Of a stretch of DNA of 64,000 bases, positions 55,428 to 64,000 are shown piece after piece. Both the position numbers and the translations under genes were made by a program. The stretch covers positions 7,374-71,373 of the forward strand of contig JAWLHK010000008.1 of assembly GCA_041690355.1 (NCBI GenBank). Direction: 5' to 3'. The notes below the pieces were generated by a model. It was not told the DNA's origin. It searched no databases and saw nothing but the letters and a program-made list of their open reading frames with translations. Positions within the stretch are counted from its first letter, which is position 1, and each line of letters begins with the position of its first letter. The stretch is from a bacterium (lineage in GTDB: Bacteria > J088 > JAWLBW01).

Positions 55428-55700
55428 ATGGCGAAGATTCAGATTGAGCGGGCCCATACGATGCAGATCAGCGACGTCAAGGGCAAGGTCGACGGCATGA
55501 TGGACAAGATGAAGTCCATGGGCGTCGACGCCACCTGGCAGGGTGATGACCTGCAGCTCAACGGCCGCGGCGTGAAGGGGACGGTCAAGGTCGGCGCCGA
55601 TCGGGTCGTCGTGAACCTCGACCTCAGCATGCCGGCTTCGCTCATGAAGGGGAAGATTGAAGAGAAGATCCGCCAGGGTCTCGACAAGAATCTCGCGTGA
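55428..55700 (+). CDS. Small hypothetical protein (90 aa), possibly polyhydroxyalkanoate-system-family-like
   Basis: GAGGA SD; family assignment is a recollection only. Confidence 0.4.
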   Translation: MAKIQIERAHTMQISDVKGKVDGMMDKMKSMGVDATWQGDDLQLNGRGVKGTVKVGADRVVVNLDLSMPASLMKGKIEEKIRQGLDKNLA

Positions 55701-55734
55701 CCTCATCCCCCCCTGCGCCTGAAGCGCAGGGGAC

Positions 55735-55830
55735 CCTTCTCCTTGCGAAGGAGAAGGGTTTCTTTCCCGGTCCTTGCTTCCTGATCCGGCCCTTGCTTCT
55801 CAGGAATCAAGAATCAGGAATCAGGAATCC
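55735..55830. repeat. Composite element copy (hairpin CCGGTCCTTGCTTCC...GGCCCTTGCTTCT plus CAGGAAT/CAAGAAT x4)
   Basis: Direct reading. Confidence 0.6.
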
Positions 55831-56391
55831 TTATTTCGCTGCTTTGAGTTCCTCGAGCTTGGCCTTGAACTGCTCGTTGGCCGGCTCGATGCCCACGGCG
55901 AGCTGCAGCTGCAGCTTCGCCCCCGCGACGTTCTTGTTCTTGAGCGCGTCCATGGCCGCCATCCAGTAGCGCTTGCCGGGGCCGTTGCCGCCGTCGTACG
56001 TCGTGCCCCCCTGCTGCTGCCGCTTGATCTCCTCTTCGATGGAGAAGCGCACCTTGGCCGGGTCCTCGGCGATCTGCCGATCGTAGGCTTCACGCCACTG
56101 CGGCGAGCGCAGGATATTGTAGGCCTCGGCAATCCGCTTGTAGATCTGATGGACGGCGTTGCGGAAGTTTTCGTGGGGAAAACGGAAGTAGCGATCCGGA
56201 TGGTAGTCGCGCGACAGCTTGTAGAAAGCCTTCTTGACCTCGCCCTGATCTGCCTTGGGCGAGATCTCGAGCAGCTGGTAGTAATTCAGGCGCGGCAGCG
56301 CCTTCCACACCAGCTTGAGCTTGTTGACGATCTCGGGGTCGAGTGCAGGCGCCTGCTGCAATCCGGTATCCGGCGCAGTATCGGTGCTCAT
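55831..56391 (-). CDS. J-domain (DnaJ-like) co-chaperone, partner of the upstream Hsp70
   Basis: YYQLLEISPKADQGEVKKAFYKLSRDYHPDR with HPD motif; ATGA overlap with the Hsp70 gene. Confidence 0.75.
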   Translation of the reverse strand: MSTDTAPDTGLQQAPALDPEIVNKLKLVWKALPRLNYYQLLEISPKADQGEVKKAFYKLSRDYHPDRYFRFPHENFRNAVHQIYKRIAEAYNILRSPQWREAYDRQIAEDPAKVRFSIEEEIKRQQQGGTTYDGGNGPGKRYWMAAMDALKNKNVAGAKLQLQLAVGIEPANEQFKAKLEELKAAK

Positions 56392-57956
56392 ACGTTGACC
56401 TTCATGCCTTCGGCCTTGGCCCGCTCGAGCTCTTCGGAAGACAGGCCGCCGCTCACGGTGATGCGCACCTTTTCTTCCTTGCCGGTACGGGCATCGCGGG
56501 CCTGGACGCTCACGAGACCATCGGTGTCGATGTCGAAGGTGACTTCAATCTTGACTTCGCCGCGGGGCGCCGCCGGAAGGCCCGTCAGCGTGAACTCGCC
56601 GAGCTGTTCGTTCTCGGCCGCGTTGCGGCTTTCGCCCTGATAGATCTGGATCTTGACGGAAGTCTGGTTGTCGCGGCTCGTCGTGAACGAGCGGGTCGCC
56701 GACGTCGGGATCGGGCTGTTGCGCGCGATGAGGACGTCGACCAGCCCGCCGGCCGTTCCGATGCCGAGGCTCTGCGGGGTGACGTCGAGCAGCAGCGAGC
56801 CCCCTTCGCGTCCGCCGCCGGCGAGCGATTCGGCCTGGATGGCGGCCCCGAGGGCCACGACCAGATCGGGATCGATGCCGATCTTGGGTTCCTTGAGGTA
56901 GTAATTGCGCACGGCGTCCTGAATGATCGGCATCTTGGTCGAGCCGCCGACGAGGATCACCGCTTCGATTTCATCGACCGTCAGGTGGGCCGCCTGCAGG
57001 GCCTCGTCGCAGACCTTGAAGGTGCGCTGGATGAGGTCGTAGGTGATGTTGGCGAACAGGTTGCGCGTGATCGGAATGTCGAGGTCGAGCGGCTTGCCGT
57101 CCTTGCTCTTGCCGATTCCTTCAACGTGCGCCTTGACTTCGAGCGCGTCGCTGAGGGCGATCTTGACCCGTTCGGCTTCGACCTTGAGCTTCTGCAGGGC
57201 TTCTTTGTCCTTGCGCAGATCGATCTTGGTCTGCTGGAAGAAGGAGTCGGCAAAGTAGTCGATGAGCCGGTCGTCGAAGTCGTCGCCGCCCAGATACGTG
57301 TCGCCCGAGGTCGAAACGACTTCGAAGACGTCGGTGCCGATCTCGAGCACCGAGACGTCGAAGGTGCCCCCGCCGAGATCGTAGATGACGACCTTCTGGT
57401 TGAGCCCCTGGCCGAACCCGTAGGCGAGGGCCGCGGCGGTCGGCTCGTTGAGAATGCGCAGGACGTCGAGCCCGGCGATCATGCCGGCGTCCTTGGTGGC
57501 CTGGCGCTGGCCGTCGTTGAAGTAGGCGGGCACGGTGATGACCGCCTGCGTGACCGGCTCACCCAGGTAGGCCTCGGCGGTCTTTTTCATCTCGCGCAGG
57601 ATGAAGGCGCCGATTTCCGAGAGGCTGTAGTCTTTTTCGGCGACCTTGATACGCACGCTGTCGTTGGGCCCTTCGACAATTTCGTAGGGCATGACCATCT
57701 GCGCCTTCTTCACCTCGCCGGAGAAGAACTTGCGGCCGATCAGACGCTTCGATGAATAGACGGTCGTGCGCGGCTCGACGACCACCCGCTTTTTGGCCTC
57801 GGTGCCGACGATGACGTTGGAGGCGTCGAGAAAAGAGACGACCGAGGGGATGATGCGCTCGCCGGCGGCGTTGGGCACCGTGGCAGGCTTTCCGTTTTCG
57901 ACGACGGCTACGATCGACGTCGACGTCCCCAGGTCAATACCGATGACTTTTCCCAT
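56388..57956 (-). CDS. Hsp70 family chaperone paralog (non-canonical DnaK-like)
   Basis: [27 protein letters not shown] motifs; shorter C-terminal lid than canonical DnaK. Confidence 0.9.
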   Translation of the reverse strand: MGKVIGIDLGTSTSIVAVVENGKPATVPNAAGERIIPSVVSFLDASNVIVGTEAKKRVVVEPRTTVYSSKRLIGRKFFSGEVKKAQMVMPYEIVEGPNDSVRIKVAEKDYSLSEIGAFILREMKKTAEAYLGEPVTQAVITVPAYFNDGQRQATKDAGMIAGLDVLRILNEPTAAALAYGFGQGLNQKVVIYDLGGGTFDVSVLEIGTDVFEVVSTSGDTYLGGDDFDDRLIDYFADSFFQQTKIDLRKDKEALQKLKVEAERVKIALSDALEVKAHVEGIGKSKDGKPLDLDIPITRNLFANITYDLIQRTFKVCDEALQAAHLTVDEIEAVILVGGSTKMPIIQDAVRNYYLKEPKIGIDPDLVVALGAAIQAESLAGGGREGGSLLLDVTPQSLGIGTAGGLVDVLIARNSPIPTSATRSFTTSRDNQTSVKIQIYQGESRNAAENEQLGEFTLTGLPAAPRGEVKIEVTFDIDTDGLVSVQARDARTGKEEKVRITVSGGLSSEELERAKAEGMKVNV

Positions 57957-58037
57957 GCGGATGCCTCCTGAAATGGCCCGAACATTCTACCAACTTGCGG
58001 GCGGCAAATTCAAAGCCGCCCGCTCGCAGCCGACCCG

Positions 58038-59837
58038 CTAGGCGACCGATCCGGTCGGGGTTCGCTGCAGGGGGAGCAGAATCGAGAAGACGGTGCCGGC
58101 GCCGACCTGGCTCTCGACCAGAATCCGTCCGCCGTGCTTTTCGACGATGGTCTGCACGATGGACAGGCCCAGCCCGGTGCCCCCGCCGTGGGGGCGGCTC
58201 GTGAAGAACGGCTCGAAGATGCGCTCGAGGTTCTCGTTGGGGATGCCGGCGCCGTTGTCGCCCACGCGGATGAGCACCCCCCCCTCGTCGGCCTCGGCAT
58301 CGATCCGGATGCGGCCCGTGTCGGGGGCGACGGCCTGGATGGCGTTCGTGAAGAGATTGACGAAGACCTGCTGCAGCTGCGTCTTGTTTCCCTCGACGCG
58401 CGGCAGGCCGTCGGCGAAGCGGGTCTCAAAGACGAGGTTGGCCTTGCGGATCTGGTGCTCGCAGAAGACGACCGATTCCTGAATGAGGGCCGGCAGCGAG
58501 AGGGGCGAGGCGGTTTCGGGGGCCGGCCGGGCGTAGCTGAGCAGATTTTTCACCAGCAGGCGGATGCGCTCGGTGTTTTCCATGATGCGCCGGATGCGCA
58601 GCTCGCTCTCGGGACCGATGGTTTCGCCGCGCTTGAGCTGCAGGTCGAGCATCTGGGCGTTCGCGTCGATGGCCGTGAGCGGATTGTTCAGGTCGTGCGC
58701 CACGCCGGCCGCCAGCTGGCCCAGCGAGGCCATCTTCTCGGTCTGCATGAGAATCTGCTGCAGCTCGCGCTGTTCCTCTTCGCGCCGCAGCCGCTCGGTG
58801 ACGTCCTCGAGGCAGACGAGCAGCCGATCGCCGGGCCCGCCGGCGAGGGTCGTGATGGAGAGAAAGAGCTTCTGGCCGGTCGCCGGGCGCAGGAAGGGAA
58901 AGTTGTGGAGCGTGAGCCCCTCGCCTTCGCGGGCGCGCTGCAGGTAGAGGTGCAGCCCCGAATCCACCAGGTCGGCGATTTCTTCGGCGCGGCGTCCCGT
59001 CCAGCCCGGATGCGCCCCCAGGATACGCACGGCGGCGGGGTTGAACGAGACGACGCGGGTCTCCCGGTCGAGGGTGAGCACGCCGAAGGGAAAGATGTCG
59101 AGGATGTCTTCGGAGAGTTTTCGCAGGCTCGTGATCTCGGCCCGGCCCTCGAGGATGGTCTCGACGACGCGGCCGAGCTTGTCCTTCACGAAGTTCGAGA
59201 AGTAGACGATGCCGAAGACCATGCTGGCGAGCGCGGCCCAGGCGATGAACGAGGCGGCCGCGTGGCGCCCGAGATAGTCGAGGGGCGCCGAGCCGCGCCC
59301 GATCCAGCGTTCGGGAAGCACCGGGTGCCAGCCGATCCAGCCGATGTAGCGCAGCAGGAAGAGCGCCGCCACCATCCCGAGCAGGGTCGCGCCGAACCAG
59401 TAGCTCTCGCGCTTGCTCGTGTTGATCGAAACCATGAACGAGGCGACCACGAGCAGGGGCAGCATGAACAGCTCGAGGCCCCCGAGCAGGCCCAGCAGCG
59501 AGACGAGCGCCACCTGGTCGAGCAGCGTGAGCAGGCGTTGCAGTCGCTGCAGGGCGGCTCCGTCGCCCGGCTCGTGCCCTGAAACGCGGCGCAGCACGAG
59601 CGCGCCAAGCGTGTTGTAGGCGAGGATGAACCCCAGCAGAAGTACGAGGCTCGCGTAGGGGATGCTGTCGCGGTAGACGCCGAAAAGACGCGCGCCGGCG
59701 AGCGCCGTCAGGCCGATCAGGGAAAAGACGTAGCGGATGCGGACGCCGAGCCGGTTGAACAGAAGCTGCTCGCCCGCCGTGAGCAGCAGGGTCGTGCCCG
59801 AGCCCCGGCGCGGCGGCCTCGGCGCAACGGGCGTCAT
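58038..59837 (-). CDS. Membrane PAS sensor histidine kinase
   Basis: Multiple TM helices; H-box AAGVAHDLNNPLTAI; HATPase_c. Confidence 0.85.
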   Translation of the reverse strand: MTPVAPRPPRRGSGTTLLLTAGEQLLFNRLGVRIRYVFSLIGLTALAGARLFGVYRDSIPYASLVLLLGFILAYNTLGALVLRRVSGHEPGDGAALQRLQRLLTLLDQVALVSLLGLLGGLELFMLPLLVVASFMVSINTSKRESYWFGATLLGMVAALFLLRYIGWIGWHPVLPERWIGRGSAPLDYLGRHAAASFIAWAALASMVFGIVYFSNFVKDKLGRVVETILEGRAEITSLRKLSEDILDIFPFGVLTLDRETRVVSFNPAAVRILGAHPGWTGRRAEEIADLVDSGLHLYLQRAREGEGLTLHNFPFLRPATGQKLFLSITTLAGGPGDRLLVCLEDVTERLRREEEQRELQQILMQTEKMASLGQLAAGVAHDLNNPLTAIDANAQMLDLQLKRGETIGPESELRIRRIMENTERIRLLVKNLLSYARPAPETASPLSLPALIQESVVFCEHQIRKANLVFETRFADGLPRVEGNKTQLQQVFVNLFTNAIQAVAPDTGRIRIDAEADEGGVLIRVGDNGAGIPNENLERIFEPFFTSRPHGGGTGLGLSIVQTIVEKHGGRILVESQVGAGTVFSILLPLQRTPTGSVA

Positions 59838-60400
59838 TGGTCGTCGGCGTGAAACCGGAGCACGGTGTGCCCCATCTGGAGCGTGTCGCCGTGGCGCAGT
59901 TTGATGGTCGTCACGCGGTGGTCGTTGACGAGCGTGCCGTTGGTCGAGGCCAGATCGCGCAGGTAGATGTTCTCGCGCGAGATCGCTTCGATGACGGCGT
60001 GCTTGCGCGAAACCTTCTGGTCGTCGAGCAGGATGTCGCCGTCGGTGCGGCCGAAGGTGATGCGCCCTTTCGTGAAGCGAAAAACCGTTCCCTGCGGCGT
60101 CGACCCCGCGGGTCCCGACAGCACTTCGACATACAACACCTTACCGTACGGGACGGGAAGCTCGCCGGGGGCGGTCGTGTCGCCGATGAGCGTCGTATCG
60201 ACTTTGGTGATCGGGTTCAGCACGACCGCCGTGCGCGCGTCGACGCGGGCGAGGCCGGCCTCTTCGGAGTAGGTGGGAATCTCGGGTTTGCCGCCGGGCG
60301 CGAGGGCGAAGAGGAATTCGCAGCTCGGGCACGGCACGAGGGAGCGTTCGGTGACCTCGACCTTGAGTTCGTTCTTGCAGTGCAGACAGTGAACCAGCAT
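59834..60400 (-). CDS. FHA-domain protein with N-terminal zinc-ribbon
   Basis: CxxC...CxxC N-terminus; FHA core (GRTDGDILLDDQKVSRKHAVI...STNGTLVN). Confidence 0.8.
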   Translation of the reverse strand: MLVHCLHCKNELKVEVTERSLVPCPSCEFLFALAPGGKPEIPTYSEEAGLARVDARTAVVLNPITKVDTTLIGDTTAPGELPVPYGKVLYVEVLSGPAGSTPQGTVFRFTKGRITFGRTDGDILLDDQKVSRKHAVIEAISRENIYLRDLASTNGTLVNDHRVTTIKLRHGDTLQMGHTVLRFHADDQ

Positions 60401-60421
60401 GAAAACCGTTTCTCCCCCGGT

Positions 60422-61591
60422 TTACGAAGGCCAGAAGAAAAGGACGAGTCCGCCGAGAAGCGCGGCGACGACGACCAGGCCCGCCCAGAACATCGGCGGC
60501 AGTCCGTCATCGCTCCCGCGGCGCGAATTGCCGGCGGCGCTGCGCAGCAGCCGCTCGATGCGCCCGCTGTCGGTGGTCGACGAAGAGCGGCGCTTCGACA
60601 CCTGGCTCTTGACGTCCATGTTGAAAAAGACGCTCCGATCGGCGAGCGGGTTGTGACGCTCGACCGGCAGCGTGCGCTGGTAGGTCGGCTTCATGGAATC
60701 GGACGCACGCTCCACGGGGGCCTCCGCGGCCGCGGCAGCCATCGGGGGGCCGGCGACCACCGTCTCGCCCGCCGCCGTCCGGCGGAAAGCTTCTTCGAAG
60801 CTCGCCGCGTCGGCAAACCGGTCTTCGGGCTGCTTGGCCAGGGCCTTCGCGAAGAAGCCGGTCCAGCGGGCGAGCTCCCGATCGTGCGTCGCCGGGTCAG
60901 GGTGCGGGTCGTTCACGATCTTGTAGAGGATGCCGTTCGTATCCTCGGCCGGGAACGGCTTTTCGCCGGTGAGCAGCAGATAGGCGATGACCGCCAGCGA
61001 AAAGAGGTCGCTGCGGCCGTCGATGGCGGTGCCGCGCACCTGCTCGGGGCTCATGTAGCTCGGCGAGCCGAGAAAGGTACCGGCGCGCGTCAATTCGGAG
61101 CCGTCCAGGCGCGCGATGCCGAAGTCGGTCAGCACGGCCCCGGCCGGCGTCATGAGAATGTTGGCCGGTTTCACGTCGCGATGGATGATGCCGTTGCGGT
61201 GCGCGTGTTCGAGGGCGGCGCAGATGTTGCCGACGATGCCGGCGACCTGCTCTTCGGTCAGCGTCTGCTTGCGGCGCATGCGGTCGAGGCTCTGCCCCTC
61301 GACGTAGGCCATGACGATGTATGGCAGATCTCCCTCGAGCCCCACGTCGAAGACGGGCACGATGTTCGCGTGGCCCGACAGGCGGCCCGCGGCCTGCGCT
61401 TCGCGGCGGAAACGTTCGAGATATTCCTTGCGCTTGCTGGGGGGCAGATCGAGCGTGCGCTTGATCGTCTTGATGGCGACCTGCCGACCGATCTCGGGGT
61501 CATAGCCTCGGTAGACTACACCCATCGCCCCGCTGCCGAGTTCCGAGCGGATCTCGTAGCGGCCGAACCTGTGTGTTGGCGAGTCGTTCAT
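60422..61591 (-). CDS. Ser/Thr protein kinase with C-terminal TM anchor
   Basis: GSGAMGVVY, AIK, HRDVKPANIL, DFG, SPE motifs. Confidence 0.85.
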   Translation of the reverse strand: MNDSPTHRFGRYEIRSELGSGAMGVVYRGYDPEIGRQVAIKTIKRTLDLPPSKRKEYLERFRREAQAAGRLSGHANIVPVFDVGLEGDLPYIVMAYVEGQSLDRMRRKQTLTEEQVAGIVGNICAALEHAHRNGIIHRDVKPANILMTPAGAVLTDFGIARLDGSELTRAGTFLGSPSYMSPEQVRGTAIDGRSDLFSLAVIAYLLLTGEKPFPAEDTNGILYKIVNDPHPDPATHDRELARWTGFFAKALAKQPEDRFADAASFEEAFRRTAAGETVVAGPPMAAAAAEAPVERASDSMKPTYQRTLPVERHNPLADRSVFFNMDVKSQVSKRRSSSTTDSGRIERLLRSAAGNSRRGSDDGLPPMFWAGLVVVAALLGGLVLFFWPS

Positions 61592-61657
61592 AGAGGGGTG
61601 ACACCAAGCCCAACATAGTATATTTGGCGGTGCTATGAGTGTCAATGCGCCGGTTCG

Positions 61658-62932
61658 ATGCTGTATACTGACTGGAAAAATGAGTTACCCATGATACTTG
61701 CTTCTCTGAATGATTTTTTTCTGGCCCGCAACAAGGAAATCGACGCCTGGTTCGCCCACGAAGAGGCCGGCCGGCGGGTCCCCTTCTACGCCTCGATCGA
61801 CCTCCGCAACGCCGGGTACAAGATCGCCGTCGTCGACACGAATCTGTTTCCGGCGGGGTTCAACAACCTCTGCCACTATTCGTACAAGCTCGCCTCGGAG
61901 CAGACCCGGGCCTACTTCGACGCCTGGTGCCCGGGGGTACGCCGGGTGCTCATCATCCCGGAATCGAATACGCGCAACCCCGGCTACACGGCCAATGTCG
62001 CCCGCCTGCAGCAGGTGATCCAGGGGGCCGGATTCGATACCGCCGTCGCGACCCTGATCGAATCGGTCCCCGCCGCGGGGGTCGAGCTGCAGGGGGCCGA
62101 CGGGCTCAACGTGCACGTCCGGCCGTTCACGCTCGTCGACGGCGTGCCTCACGTCGAGGGGGTTCCGTACGACGCCGTCGTCCTCAATCACGATCTTTCG
62201 GGAGGACTCCCCCCGACGGTCGAGCAGATCACGGTTCCGGTCATGCCGACCCGCAAGCTCGGTTGGTACCGGCGCCGCAAGAGCGATCATTTCCTCGAAC
62301 TCCAGGCGGTCACGAACCGGTTCGCCGCCGAGTTCGGGCTCGATCCCTGGACGCTGCTGCCCGAATTCGAATTCGTCGAGAATGTTTCACTGGACAACCC
62401 GGCCCCCCTGCAGGAGTCGGTTTCGCGCGTGCTCGAGCGGGTGCGCCACGGATATGCGCAGCGCGGCATCGCCGACAAGCCTTACGTATACGTGAAGCAC
62501 GACGCCGGCACCTACGGCATCGGGGTCATTTCGGTCGAAAGTCCCGACGAGCTGGCGGGGCTTTCGTCGTCGATCCGCAAGAAGATGCGCACCGGCAAAG
62601 GGGGGGTCGCCATCGACAACTACGTCGTACAGGAAGGGCTGCCGACACAGGACCGCATCGGCGACTGCTACGGTGAGCCGGTCATCTATACGATGAACAA
62701 CCGCATCATCGGCGGCTTCTTCCGTTCGCACTGCGAATCGGACGATCGAGAGAGCCTCAACCGCCCCGGCCAGGTCTTCAAGCAGCTCTGCTCCGTGCCC
62801 GACCCCGAGCTGAGCCGCGATGAAAAGTGCTGGCATGACAGCCGCCTGTTCCGCGTCTACGGCGTTCATGCGCGCCTGGCCGGGCTCGCGGTAATCGCCG
62901 AGGCCGAGAACGCCGGGCGGAGAGCGGCTTGA
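61658..62932 (+). CDS. gshA: Glutamate--cysteine ligase (non-E. coli GshA type, as found upstream of gshB in several proteobacteria); assignment by synteny and recollection
   Basis: 424-aa ORF translationally coupled (ATGA) to gshB. Confidence 0.6.
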   Translation: MLYTDWKNELPMILASLNDFFLARNKEIDAWFAHEEAGRRVPFYASIDLRNAGYKIAVVDTNLFPAGFNNLCHYSYKLASEQTRAYFDAWCPGVRRVLIIPESNTRNPGYTANVARLQQVIQGAGFDTAVATLIESVPAAGVELQGADGLNVHVRPFTLVDGVPHVEGVPYDAVVLNHDLSGGLPPTVEQITVPVMPTRKLGWYRRRKSDHFLELQAVTNRFAAEFGLDPWTLLPEFEFVENVSLDNPAPLQESVSRVLERVRHGYAQRGIADKPYVYVKHDAGTYGIGVISVESPDELAGLSSSIRKKMRTGKGGVAIDNYVVQEGLPTQDRIGDCYGEPVIYTMNNRIIGGFFRSHCESDDRESLNRPGQVFKQLCSVPDPELSRDEKCWHDSRLFRVYGVHARLAGLAVIAEAENAGRRAA

Positions 62933-63900
62933 TTCACGTCTTCGTCATGGATCCGCTCGAGCGGATCAATACGTTCACCGATACGACCTACGTGCTCATG
63001 CGCGAGGCCGAGCGGCGCGGGCACACCATCTACGAGGTGCACGTCAACCGCCTTCACGTGCGCGACGGCACCGTGCGCGCGCATGCAAGGCAGGTGCGCT
63101 TCACCGAGGGGAGCGAGCGTTTCTTCGAAGTCGTCGCCGGCGCCGACCTGGACCTGAACGAGGTCGACGTCGTCTGGCAGCGGAAGGACCCGCCGTTCGA
63201 CGCGCTCTACCTCTACTCCACCCAGCTGCTCGAGACCCTCTCGCCGCGCGTCTTCGTCTTCAACCATCCGCGCGGGCTTCGGGATGCGAACGAGAAGCTG
63301 TACGCCCTGCACTTTCCCGACTTCACGCCGCGCACGATGGTGAGCGCCGATCGCGGCGACATTCTGCAGTTTCTCGACGAGATCGGTGGGCGCGGCGTCA
63401 TCAAGCGGCTCGATCGCAGCGGCGGGGTCGGCGTCTTTCTCCTCGAGAAGGGGGATAAGAACCGCAACGCCCTCATCGAGGCGTCGACCGAAGAGGGAAC
63501 CCGCTACGCACTCGTGCAGGAATACGTGCCGCAGGTGGTCGACGGCGACAAGCGCATCATCGTGCTCGACGGCGAACCGGTCGGGGCGGTGCTGCGCCGC
63601 CCGCGCGCCGACGATCTGCGCGGCAACATTCACAGCGGGGCGACGACGCACGCCTGCGAGATCACGCCGCGCGAGCGGGAGATCTGCCGGGCCATCGCGC
63701 CCAAGCTGCGCGCCGACGGCCTCTGGTTCGTGGGGCTCGACGTCATCGGCGAGAAGATCACCGAGATCAACGTCACGTCGCCCACCGGATTCCAGGAGAT
63801 CACGCGCCTGACCGGCGAGCGGCTCGAAGAGCGCTTCGTCGCTTTCGCCGACGAGCGCGCCCGGGCCCTGCGGGCGGACGTCGGACGCCCCATCCGCTGA
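62929..63900 (+). CDS. gshB: Glutathione synthetase (ATP-grasp)
   Basis: N-terminal MDPLERINTFTDTTYVLMREAERRGH and ATP-grasp motifs. Confidence 0.85.
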   Translation: MIHVFVMDPLERINTFTDTTYVLMREAERRGHTIYEVHVNRLHVRDGTVRAHARQVRFTEGSERFFEVVAGADLDLNEVDVVWQRKDPPFDALYLYSTQLLETLSPRVFVFNHPRGLRDANEKLYALHFPDFTPRTMVSADRGDILQFLDEIGGRGVIKRLDRSGGVGVFLLEKGDKNRNALIEASTEEGTRYALVQEYVPQVVDGDKRIIVLDGEPVGAVLRRPRADDLRGNIHSGATTHACEITPREREICRAIAPKLRADGLWFVGLDVIGEKITEINVTSPTGFQEITRLTGERLEERFVAFADERARALRADVGRPIR

Positions 63901-63934
63901 ACTATGGGGGGCAATGCGCCGGACCCTTCCTTCG

Positions 63935-64000
63935 TCAGGGCAGGCTCTGGACGTCGGCCGGGAGCAGCTCCGCGCCCGCGGCTTTCCGCTCAGGAATCAA
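63935..64000. repeat. Start of another CAGGAAT-type element (truncated by window end)
   Basis: GGCTTTCCGCTCAGGAATCAA at the window edge. Confidence 0.4.

Noticed and set aside
56343-57755. 470-aa plus-strand ORF
   Set aside because: Antisense to the Hsp70 gene.
59837-61618. 593-aa plus-strand ORF
   Set aside because: Antisense to the FHA and Ser/Thr kinase genes, which carry canonical motifs on the minus strand.

Overview
This 64-kb window is about 68-70% GC and densely coded. By gene content it is most consistent with a myxobacterial-type (Myxococcota-like) chromosome, although no single gene proves that. I worked from translation of both strands, motif recognition and repeat spotting only; there were no database searches, and coordinates I derived by hand may be off by 1-2 nt.

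Main contents, left to right:
- 1-6.5 kb: four translationally coupled genes on the minus strand (M20 amidohydrolase, EctB/DoeD-like diaminobutyrate transaminase, M24 creatinase/ectoine-hydrolase-like hydrolase, aldehyde dehydrogenase), next to a partial pepP. This looks like an ectoine or N-acetyl-diaminobutyrate type catabolic operon.
- 7.7-13.2 kb: an RCC1-repeat lipoprotein, a GntR regulator with a GMC oxidoreductase operon, and a split YeeE/YedE sulfur-transporter pair followed by a small Cys-rich protein.
- 14.4-31.5 kb: three toxin-antitoxin loci, two of them degraded. hicB is followed by a frameshifted hicA. An RHH antitoxin is followed by a VapC remnant that is truncated and disrupted by a 16-bp tandem duplication. 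The phd/vapC pair is intact and has an operator palindrome.
- 15-18.4 kb: a membrane fatty-acid desaturase with its ferredoxin-reductase partner, divergent from a TetR regulator, with tandem perfect palindromes between them.
- Two tRNA-Ser genes (anticodons CGA and GGA).
- Many sensor kinases, including a Ser/Thr kinase, FHA and PAS-histidine-kinase cassette.
- Housekeeping genes: dnaX-ybaB-recR, rnd, a DEDDh exonuclease-WYL fusion, pdxH, tadA, gshA-gshB, and an Hsp70 paralog with a J-domain protein.
- 24-30 kb: three tandem YVTN beta-propeller lipoprotein paralogs next to a beta-barrel-like secreted protein.
- 43-54 kb: an alternating array of two lipoprotein families (A about 245 aa, B about 590 aa; 3 A and 4 B copies) with evidence of recent partial gene conversion.

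Most notable unexplained signals:
- (1) A tandem array of three paralogous 25-28-aa ORFs on the minus strand (32.15-32.55 kb). Each has its own Shine-Dalgarno sequence, they are separated by hairpins, and the array ends in a strong terminator. These ORFs are below the ORF-track threshold and are candidates for a RiPP precursor or small-protein family of unknown function.
- (2) A pervasive family of modular intergenic repeat elements. They are built from heptamer tandem repeats (KTKACGA, CAGGAAT, TCGGACG, GCGCGGAG) around a conserved hairpin core (CCGGCAAGG...CCTTGCCGG), with at least 11 copies in the window.
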